A stretch of DNA of 64,000 nt from the NCBI GenBank assembly GCA_000004985.1, contig GG738898.1, one strand, 5' to 3'. The position numbers and the translations under genes were made by a program. The DNA is from Naegleria gruberi. Lineage: Eukaryota. The notes under the pieces were generated by a model. That model saw nothing but the letters and a program-made list of their open reading frames with translations, was not told where the DNA came from and did not search any database. Of this stretch, positions 55,440-64,000 are shown piece by piece. Each line of letters starts with the position of its first letter. The first letter of the stretch is position 1.

Positions 55440-57846
55440 TTATTCCAATTGATCAAAGAGATCATTATCACCAATCTTTTCATCCTCACTCTCTTCTTGA
55501 ATGACAGCAGCAATAACGGCTTCAGTGAGGAATTTCTTGGCTTCATCTTCTGTTACCTCACTTTCATCACATTCATCTTGAGTGATGAGGGAAATGTTAT
55601 TTTGTACAATGAAGGAACACCAGAAATCTTCTCTCTTACCCTTAGAATAGGATTGTTTGAGTTTCTTTAAGAAGTTATTGAACTGATTAGGTTCAGCTTC
55701 TCTGATACAACCTTCTCTCAATGTCTTGATACAGGCCAAGACTTTTTCATAGTATTGATCTTCAATAGAATCATTGACCAATTTAAATATGACAACTTGC
55801 ATTTCTTGAATGGCTTTATCGACCATATCCACATCCTTTCTGTTGAGCATTTCTGAGAAATCCTTTGTTGGATTTGTTGTCTTGACAGAGTTGGCTTGTT
55901 CCATAAATAAATTATTAAGACCAACACGTTGTTGTACTTCATTGAATTGAGCATCACTCATACCATCATAGGCACCATCCTTGAGACGTTTAACAACCTG
56001 TCCAACATGATCTGATTCCAGAAGGGCTGTGCCTTGTACATTTTCTGCTACTTCTTCCAAATTGTAAGAATCGAGTGTAATTTCATTTTCTCCCATAGCA
56101 AACCAATATTTTCTCTTTCCTAGTTTTGAGTCAGCTTCAACTTCCTTAGTTGGGAATAGTGATTTGAATTTAAGTCTATGTTCCTTAGTTTTTTCCATTA
56201 ATTTGTAATAGAATGATTCTGGATTCATTTCAGGATAACAAAACTTTGTAATGAGTGGTTCAACAGGAGGCAGTGGATCATTAGGTTTGAGAGCTCTCAC
56301 ATGAAGACAATCATAAAAGTGTTGTACAAGTGGATTATAAATACAGGTTGGTTTCATAGCTTCGGATTTTTCACCATTCTCATCTTCATCAGCATCCATC
56401 AAGTCCATTGATTTGATTAAATCTTCAGCTGCTTGAAGTTGTTCCTCAGAATGTTTAACTGTAGAGAAGGATTTGAATGGATACTCTCTGATATCTTCAG
56501 CAAATGGAAGTGCATTGAAATATAAACATTCAGAATTTGTACCAATGTGTGGGTACAAGAATCCAAGTTTAGGTTCAAGATCGTCTCTATATACATATGT
56601 AATAATCATGACCATTTCCAATTCAGAAAGGGCTCTGATAAATGATGATAATGCAATTTGTGCAAATGGATCATCTGGTTTGGCAATGAATGAATAGGTT
56701 TCTGCCATAAAGTGAGATCTATCTATATTCTTTTCATCTGTAAATCCCAATACAGTAATACCCTTAGATGATTTGTATTTGAGTGCCTTTTCGTTAACAA
56801 TATTGAAAGGAACAAAGTTTTTACCATACTTGTATGCTTTAACAGTCTTATCCTTTTCAATTTGATTATCTGGATCATCGTATGAATAGTAACATCTTTC
56901 CATTTGAACATCTCCATCACCACCTGTGTTGGCTCTTCTAGAAACAAGGGAGAGACGTTTAGCTGTTGGAAGAGAGGTCTTTTCGGTTTTTTTGTAAACC
57001 CAAACTGGTATCTTGATATTTCCTGCAATATCTAAATTTCCTCTAAAGGTTGTTCTTGACAAGACCTTTTTACTCTTGAATAGTAAAAGAGTATCGATGG
57101 CTTGTTGAATTGGAATTACAATACCACCAACATTTTTACACATATCACATAAGAAGATTTCATTTCTCAATTTTGGTGTCTTTCCAACAATCTTTCCATT
57201 ATCATCTTCAAGTTTAACTTCTGTATTTACAAAATCCAAACCAATAACATTAACTTTAACATCTTGATTCCTCATTCCTTGATAAATATTTTCTCTAGTG
57301 TCATTATCAACTGAAATTTCAGTTCCACCAGCATCTGAAACAATAACAATTCTCTTGGCATATTTACGTTTACCACATCTGTCCTTGATCATGTCTGTTG
57401 CAACAATAACAGCATCAAATAAATCACCTTCAGGTGACATTCCGATAGTGTCAATATTAATACTATCAACAATTTTAAAAAGATCCAATGATACCGTATC
57501 AATAGCTTGTTCAATATAAATATTTTCATATTCTCCTTCGTATTCATCATTGAGATGATTTTTAGTTTTCTTTGTACCAACAAGAACAAATCCTACTTCA
57601 TCCTTTGGACTATATCTCATCTGTTTCATTCGAATGATAAATAGATATTGATCGTGATGATGAATTTGGTGATGATAATGAATTTCCTATTATTAAATTA
57701 CTAACCTTCATTTTGATGAGAAGAGTAATGGCTCTTTTAGCCTTCTCAAATTCATCCCGCGATCTTGTTCCCAACGATTTACCAACATCAAATATAATAA
57801 CCAAGGCTTCTTTAGCTGGTGGAGGTGCAACCGAAGAAGCGCTCAT
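55440..57846 (-). CDS. XRCC5: Ku80 (XRCC5)-like DNA end-binding protein. Exons: 57706..57846, 55440..57620.
   Basis: Exon 1 MSASSVAPPPAKEALVIIFDVGKS...FEKAKRAITLLIKMK (vWA start). 85-nt intron gttagt...aaacag. KAYKYGKNFVPF aligns with GFRYGSDIVPF. SECLYFNALPFAEDIREY aligns with YECLVYVQLPFMEDLRQY. QFNNFLKKL and ISLITQDECDESEVTEDEAKKFL match the Ku80 C-terminus. Confidence 0.85.
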
Positions 57847-58123
57847 TTTTTTGTTTTTTGAATTTTTTAAATTAAAACGGATTGTTTTTATTTTCTTTTA
57901 AATGGTGGAAAATATTTGGCGCCAAAGTTTTCCTTTCAATAGTTGAACAAAAAACAATGGATTCAAGTCGGTTGGTTTATTAAGGTGGGACGAATTGAGA
58001 ACATAGAGAAATGACCGTGAAGGAGCAATCCTTGAATCAGTAAAACAAAAAAATATAGTATGAATATAGTATGAAACTATTTCTTCATCAGTTTTATTCG
58101 ATAGTACAACAAATGATGATCTG

Positions 58124-58740
58124 ATGGTCGGAATAGGTTCCCCATTTCCTGATGATATTTGTTATGAAATTGCATCATTTCTTGATTCTTGGTTTATTTT
58201 GAAAAATTGTTTATTAATTTCCAAACAATGGTTTCGAATAATCAAAGAAAATGCGAAACTTTCTCTCACCTTTACCAAATGCATCACCAACCAATCTATT
58301 GAACTATTTTCCCATAGTCCTTTTTTAAAGAATTTAATTTTCTTGAATGTTGAAAGTGTTGGAGGAAATTTCTGGAATTCTCTTTCATTGATTAAAGATT
58401 TAAAAACTTTATTCATAGGACGTGAAAATGTTTGTTTAGATAATTTGAAAATATTGAGAGAATTGAAACAGTTAACGAAACTTGAGATTAAGAAGCTGTC
58501 ATGAAGGAGCAAAGGCAATTGGTGAATTGAATCAATTGACTGAACTTGTAATTGAAAATAATGGAATTAGGAATGGGGGAGCTGGTGCTATTGGTGGATT
58601 TTCTCAATTGAAATCGCTGAATATTAAACATAATTGTTTAGATTAAGAAGGAGCCAAAATATGATAAGAGAAATGAAACAAGTCTTTTCAAATGATGAAT
58701 TTATCCAGTGCGTTCAAGTTGAAGAGGATTTAGAATAAGA
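58124..58740 (+). pseudogene. Decayed paralog of the F-box/RNI-like LRR gene at 59983..61053 (intact 126-aa N-terminal ORF, then frameshifted LRR remnants)
   Basis: The N-terminus PFPDDICYEIASFLDSWFILKNCLLISKQWFRIIKE parallels FSDDICFEISTFLDSWIVLNYCTKISSQWFRVIKE. Downstream frames still spell GAKAIGELNQLTELVIENNGI.NGGAGAIGGFSQLKSLNIKHNCLD..EGAK, with stops and shifts. Confidence 0.5.
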
Positions 58741-58759
58741 AAAGTTAGTTTATTATGAT

Positions 58760-59782
58760 TTAGACGAATTTTCCCTTTGTAAGAGAATCCATTAGTGTAT
58801 CTTGAGGTAAATTCAATTCCTTCTCAATAACTTCAACACCCATTTCGTCTTCATCTTCTTTCGAATCTATCATGTACGAATCAACTTCTTCATGAGCTTC
58901 TTGTTCCAATTCCAAACTCCATTGTTGAACAGTTCTATCATTTGAGTCGAGTGTTGTTCCTATCAATAATAATTGCATTTCCTCAATGCTTAATAAGGAA
59001 GGTGGGTTTGCAGAGTGAAACTTTCTCTCACCGAAAATCTTTTTAATTTCCTCTTCCTTTCCATGAATTGAAATATCTTCTCTTGGATTGTACAAGTTTG
59101 AAGTACTTTGACCTTTCGAATAGTTTAGATTAGTTTGAGGATTTTTTACACTCACTACCATCGTACCAGCATGTTCAATTCCAAATTGAGTTTGAATCTT
59201 GTTTGGAGATTCATTTTCTAAGAATTTCGGAAATTCAATCACATACGAAAGGTGAGTATGATTCTGATTGTGTTCAATCAATTCATACAATCCGAAAGCA
59301 AGTGGTCTACTCGAGTGAATGACTCTATCTCCTCTCGTAAAGGTTTCATAATGTTCTTCTGACAAACTTTCGTTTACAATCGAATCAATAGACGAATCTA
59401 CTTGACTCACAATAGCAAGTCTTTTCTCTCCCTGTTTAGGAAGTGTCTTCTTTGGAATAATAATCACTCTATTCTTCAATTCTCCTTGAGATTGATCTGG
59501 TTTCAGTACCATTAAGAGTTTCTGAACTTGATCCAAATTGTTGACATGTTCTTGCATGACTTTTGGCTTGTAAAAGAAGTAAATATGACCAAATTCTAAG
59601 AGTTTAACGTTGATATGTTGAGGTTGTTGATTGGGAATTTCGATTCGAGGTGATTGTTCAGTGGATTGATTCGAATAGCTGGACGATTCATGTTGTGGAA
59701 CGAGGTTGAGTGGATGTTTGGTATGCTCCTTGTTGTAGTGAGCATGTTTTGGATGATACATGTAGGGATAGGTTGGATTCAT
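58760..59782 (-). CDS. Hypothetical conserved-looking protein (340 aa), family not recognised
   Basis: ATG at 59782. Blocks LLEFGHIYFFYKPKV and RPLAFGLYELIEH. No assignment. Confidence 0.4.
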   Translation of the reverse strand: MNPTYPYMYHPKHAHYNKEHTKHPLNLVPQHESSSYSNQSTEQSPRIEIPNQQPQHINVKLLEFGHIYFFYKPKVMQEHVNNLDQVQKLLMVLKPDQSQGELKNRVIIIPKKTLPKQGEKRLAIVSQVDSSIDSIVNESLSEEHYETFTRGDRVIHSSRPLAFGLYELIEHNQNHTHLSYVIEFPKFLENESPNKIQTQFGIEHAGTMVVSVKNPQTNLNYSKGQSTSNLYNPREDISIHGKEEEIKKIFGERKFHSANPPSLLSIEEMQLLLIGTTLDSNDRTVQQWSLELEQEAHEEVDSYMIDSKEDEDEMGVEVIEKELNLPQDTLMDSLTKGKFV

Positions 59783-59982
59783 TTTTTTCTGGCAGTTTTT
59801 ATTAGAAATATTGAGTTTGGATTTTGAGAATTATTAGAAATTATCCTTATTTGGAAAATTCCAAAATTAGTCGTTCATCATAAATCAGAACTTATTACAA
59901 GAGAGAGGAGGATGATGCAGCTGTCAACTAATATACTATTCCTTCAACAATTAAAATTTTTATTAGAAATTATTAAAAAAAA

Positions 59983-61053
59983 ATGGACGAAACCATCACA
60001 ACCAATTCACACACCGACTCGACACATATTTTCTCCGATGATATTTGTTTTGAAATTTCCACGTTTTTAGATTCGTGGATAGTCTTGAATTATTGCACAA
60101 AAATCTCCTCACAATGGTTTCGGGTTATCAAGGAACGGTGCAAATTTTCTCTCAATTTCGAACATAAAATTAATAATGAACGAGTTGATTACTTGATGAA
60201 AAGCGAATTTTTGGATAATATTATGGAGGTTACAGTTGAGAATCCAGGATTAATTGCAGATGTTCGATTTTTACAAGCTGTGAAAAAATTAACACGGCTC
60301 TCAATTGACTATAATCGAGTTGGAGTGGAAGGAGCAAGTTTTATTGGGGAAATGAAAAATTTAACATCACTTTCAATATTATTTAATGGGATTGGACCAG
60401 AAGGAGCTAAATCAATAAGTAAATTGGAAAATCTGACAAGTCTTTTCATTAATGTCAATCAATTGGGATCAGAAGGAACAAAGTCTATAAGTGAATTGAA
60501 GCAATTGACATGTTTGGATATTAGTGGAAATCATTTGGGACCAGAGGGTACAAAGTATATTGGTAAACTGACTCAATTGACTCAATTAATTATTTGTAAT
60601 AATGAAATTTATTCAGAGAGATTAAAATTTATAGGTGAGCTTAGACAGCTGACAATTCTTAATGTCAGTTACAATTATATTGATTCAGAGGGAGCTAAAT
60701 ATCTGAGTGAAATGAAGCAATTAACCACTCTACGTATTGATTCGAATAATATTGGACCAGAAGGAGCCAAATCAATTTGTACTTTACAAAATTTAACAAA
60801 TTTAAATGTCGATTCGAATGCAATTGGAGATGAAGGAATTCTATCCATAAGTGAAAAGATGAAAAATCTCAAGTATTTGAATGCTTCCATGAATGGAATT
60901 GGAGATGAAGGAGCTCAATCAATTCTCTCAATGACTCAACTGACGAATTTGAATATAAGTTGTAACAAGATTGGAGAAAATGTATTGAAACTATTTGGTG
61001 GAATGAAACAATTGGTAATATTAGAAATAGGTTTCAATAAGAGTGATTATTAA
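59983..61053 (+). CDS. F-box-like plus RNI-type leucine-rich-repeat protein
   Basis: A-tract before the ATG. N-terminal F-box-like motif. About 11 tandem 28-aa LRRs of the form L(T/S)xLxIxxNxIGxEGAKxISEMKQ. Confidence 0.75.
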   Translation: MDETITTNSHTDSTHIFSDDICFEISTFLDSWIVLNYCTKISSQWFRVIKERCKFSLNFEHKINNERVDYLMKSEFLDNIMEVTVENPGLIADVRFLQAVKKLTRLSIDYNRVGVEGASFIGEMKNLTSLSILFNGIGPEGAKSISKLENLTSLFINVNQLGSEGTKSISELKQLTCLDISGNHLGPEGTKYIGKLTQLTQLIICNNEIYSERLKFIGELRQLTILNVSYNYIDSEGAKYLSEMKQLTTLRIDSNNIGPEGAKSICTLQNLTNLNVDSNAIGDEGILSISEKMKNLKYLNASMNGIGDEGAQSILSMTQLTNLNISCNKIGENVLKLFGGMKQLVILEIGFNKSDY

Positions 61054-61596
61054 CGAATTGTATATGAACTGATGATGATTATTCCACACTTTCCATATTG
61101 TACTCTCACACACAAACATTCAAAAAATGTTCAAACGTGTTGACTTGATTGAAATGTTTTTTTGTGCGATTTCTTCACTTTCCTTAACAAGACTCATGAT
61201 TAAATAATTTATTTTTGGGTTTTTTCCCCAATTTCCGTGAAGTATTACGTAAACGTGTTAAAACACACCAAATTACCCACACACCAACGCAACACTGAAA
61301 AAAATGTTGTTCAACAATGAGACTCTTGATACAGAGAGTGTTTTTCATTGGTGTGGCATTATTTCTCTTTCGTGGATGATGATTGTGTTTTTCTTCTCTA
61401 AAAAGTCTACCCTGTTTTCCCATCATGAAAAGTTTGCCTTCTCCTTTGGTAGTCTCTTGGAAAGTGCTCGAAGGAATTCTGTAGATCGTTGAGATGGTGG
61501 GAATGTGTTGTTTTTGTGCTCGGATTCATTAGATTTATGGAAATTAGCTTGATCTTTCTATGTTTTTGCATTTGTGAGAGAGTTGTTCATAAATTG

Positions 61597-62943
61597 ATGA
61601 TGGAGATTGAGGATGGAAAAGCCAAATCATCACAAAAAGAAGAAGTGATGACTCGCTTAGAGAAATCAAGTGGAAAATTGCAGAGAACGAACGAAGCATT
61701 GCAAGAACAATTGAAACAGGAAAGAAACAAAGCAGAAGAGCAATACCAAAAGGCAAAACAAGAATTTGAGCAGATTCGTCTTGCAATAGATTCTTGTAAA
61801 AAATCCACGACAAGAAATGATCAACTATTCGCATTGTTAAAGGATGGTTTAGAACAAAAGGTTGAAATATTGCAAGAACAATTGGCTCAGGAAGTTGAAA
61901 AAACTTTGAATCTTGTTGATGATCTGGCACGCAATGAGAAGGAGTGCACTAAACATAGAAATATGAATGAGAATCTCAGTGAAAAAATCAATGAATTGCA
62001 AGATGAAAACAAATCATTGATTCAATCCTCTGAAAAAGATAAGGCAGAATTGAATCTGTTGAATCAATTGTGTGAAGAATTGAGGGAAAAGAATGAAATT
62101 GTTCAAAAGACAGTTCAACTAAATGAAGACCAATTTCAAATGCTGAAAGAACAACAAACTGAGAATTTGAAAAATCTGGAAGAAACTCGTTCTTGGTACA
62201 ATGCACTTATTTCTACAAAAGAAAGTCTTTTTGAATCACGTAAAAATTCGTATCAAAAAATAATTACCGTGCTTGAAAATCAAATTGAGAGTGCAACGAA
62301 AAATATGAAAGAACAAGAGAAGAAAAGTGCCAAATATAAAAAGGCATATTTGGAATTAAGGCAAAAAAACGAGCAGTTGGAAGGGGAAATCAAAGTTTTA
62401 ACACATGCCTCACAAGATAGAGATTTATTGAGAGACAGAGTGGTTGAATTGACCAAAACGGCTGAGAATGAAATGTTGCTTACTACTCAAAACATGGAGA
62501 AGTTAATGACAAGATTTGGTAATTTAGATGAAAAGAGCACTCAACTTGAAACAAGTGAACTCAAAGCTTGTTATGAACGTGATAGATTTGCTGAAGAAAA
62601 CAAGGAATTGAAAAACAAGGTTTCTGATTTAAATAGCAAGTACGAAACACAAATGAAATTGGTGAATGAATTGACTAGTCAACTAAAGTCCTTGAAAAAA
62701 AAGAAGAATGATTATAAGGAAAGCTCAAAAAGAAATCAAGAATTGGTTTTGGAATTGGAAGAGCAAGTCAATAGACAGAATTCTCTGAATTCAATTGCAT
62801 CACCAATTAAGGAAATTCTTACAAATATTGGAAATGATTCACAACAAGAAATTGAAGATCAATCGTTGTGCAATATTTTGTTATCTACTTCCAATCAAAA
62901 CGAAAACAACCAAAATTCACATCATAACACAACTACTGAATAA
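61597..62943 (+). CDS. Long coiled-coil protein (about 448 aa from ATG 61597; the ORF is open from 61489)
   Basis: Continuous heptad-rich Glu/Lys/Gln/Leu sequence with a Q/N-rich C-terminus. The upstream in-frame extension is hydrophobic and may be UTR. Confidence 0.5.
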   Translation: MMEIEDGKAKSSQKEEVMTRLEKSSGKLQRTNEALQEQLKQERNKAEEQYQKAKQEFEQIRLAIDSCKKSTTRNDQLFALLKDGLEQKVEILQEQLAQEVEKTLNLVDDLARNEKECTKHRNMNENLSEKINELQDENKSLIQSSEKDKAELNLLNQLCEELREKNEIVQKTVQLNEDQFQMLKEQQTENLKNLEETRSWYNALISTKESLFESRKNSYQKIITVLENQIESATKNMKEQEKKSAKYKKAYLELRQKNEQLEGEIKVLTHASQDRDLLRDRVVELTKTAENEMLLTTQNMEKLMTRFGNLDEKSTQLETSELKACYERDRFAEENKELKNKVSDLNSKYETQMKLVNELTSQLKSLKKKKNDYKESSKRNQELVLELEEQVNRQNSLNSIASPIKEILTNIGNDSQQEIEDQSLCNILLSTSNQNENNQNSHHNTTTE

Positions 62944-63029
62944 TCACTGAAAATATAAAAATCCTCTCATTGTAATCTTATTCGAATCTAAATCAAAATG
63001 ATGAACTTGGCAAAAAAAATTTAAAAAAA

Positions 63030-64000
63030 ATGGCTCAACATCTACCACACGAATTATTGCACCACATTTTCACATTTCTTCCCAAACACACGGATCACGA
63101 TATTTTACGAGTCTGTAAAAATTGGCATGATTTAACAAATTATGAAATGTTTTGGTTTTCCACTTTGAAATTTCTAATAGCGCACGAATTTTACAAAATT
63201 CAACAAGAAATTGAGGAATTTAAATGGGTGATGAATGAATTGATTGATTTGGAAGTGGAGAGGAAAATGTACTTGTCAAGATTGAGATGGAAAGAGAAAG
63301 TTTTGATTATTGACAGAATGCCATTGAAAAAGAGAAGACAATTGAGTGAAATTTATGGAGATTCGTATAGGAGAGCAACTAGACAGTTTGTAGAGGAAAA
63401 TAGGAGAAGAGATTTACTGTTGGAGGTTATTCGAATGTTAACACAATATCAAATGAATGAAACTAATAAGGGAACGACAATTTGGAAGAAAGTAATCAAA
63501 TTATTAGAAAGTAATCAGAAATATTCTCTCAAGTCAATTGGAAAAATGAAATTTGGTAAATTAAGTTTAGCAGATATTTTCTCTTCGTATTTCGTGCTCA
63601 ATATTAGAAACAGAGATTATAGAACTAGAGATTTGACAGAGATTTTGGATTTTTTATTTAATAAGTGTGAAATTTCAGTACTGAAATGTATAGAGGGTTT
63701 GTTTCGAATGGGTCATTATTCGATTTTTGATAATGAGGAGCTAGGATTACTTCAAAAGTTCAAAAGAGAGTTGAGTGATCGTAAGGGATTTGGAGTTTCG
63801 AATAATTTCTTGAAAACTCTGTTTTCCCGTGCTGACTTGAGAAAGCTACAACATTTAGAGCTTTCGACCAAGTTTGTAGAGTTGGTAAAGAAACGAAACC
63901 CTGAACGATTTAGAAAATACTTACTGGAACCGCACTTTAATAAGTTCATTAGCCAAGCTAATGGATCTTGGGAATCTTTCGAATTTTATTTCAAGACATT
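63030..64000 (+). CDS. F-box protein (3' partial, runs off the window end)
   Basis: A-tract before ATG 63030. LPHELLHHIFTFLPKHTDHDILRVCKNWHDL is an F-box consensus. The frame stays open to 64000. Confidence 0.65.
   Translation, partial: MAQHLPHELLHHIFTFLPKHTDHDILRVCKNWHDLTNYEMFWFSTLKFLIAHEFYKIQQEIEEFKWVMNELIDLEVERKMYLSRLRWKEKVLIIDRMPLKKRRQLSEIYGDSYRRATRQFVEENRRRDLLLEVIRMLTQYQMNETNKGTTIWKKVIKLLESNQKYSLKSIGKMKFGKLSLADIFSSYFVLNIRNRDYRTRDLTEILDFLFNKCEISVLKCIEGLFRMGHYSIFDNEELGLLQKFKRELSDRKGFGVSNNFLKTLFSRADLRKLQHLELSTKFVELVKKRNPERFRKYLLEPHFNKFISQANGSWESFEFYFKT

Noticed and set aside
1-64000. Prokaryotic interpretation (operons, CRISPR, phage island)
   Set aside because: Spliceosomal introns with canonical GT-AG boundaries that restore conserved motifs, a eukaryote-type 5S rRNA and tRNA, and eukaryote-specific proteins (Ku80, PDK1, cofilin, ARF, RCC1) make this unambiguously eukaryotic nuclear DNA. 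No CRISPR-like arrays are present.

Overview
This 64-kb window is a gene-dense stretch of a eukaryotic nuclear scaffold, not prokaryotic DNA. The evidence is spliceosomal introns of 39-370 nt with GTAAGT/GTAGGT/GTTTGT donors and AG acceptors, a 5S rRNA gene with a Pol III T-run terminator, a tRNA-Asp(GUC), and A-tracts directly upstream of most ATG starts. Many proteins carry N/Q/S-rich low-complexity tracts, and assembly gaps (N-runs) fall inside several genes. GC content is about 30-35%. The 5S rRNA closely resembles Dictyostelium 5S, and together with the gene content this suggests a dictyostelid-like amoebozoan; that assignment is inference. I resolved about 36 protein-coding genes, many of them multi-exon, with splice sites derived by hand. 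The most interesting items are: a microbial-type poly(ADP-ribose) glycohydrolase with the GGG-X-QEE signature; a BTB-ARF fusion GTPase whose catalytic Gln is replaced by Ala; a tandem adenosine-deaminase protein with a degenerate second domain; an ATGA stop/start overlap between a ConA-like/F-box-like gene and an MMACHC homologue; a 65-bp inverted-repeat pair about 92% identical flanking a 4.7-kb segment that contains the tRNA-Asp and three genes; an ORF-free GC-rich 620-bp block bounded by 14-bp direct repeats upstream of the tRNA; a GC-rich ORF-less island that may be a structured ncRNA; and a small F-box/LRR family with one decayed copy. All splice coordinates are manual and may be off by a base or two.
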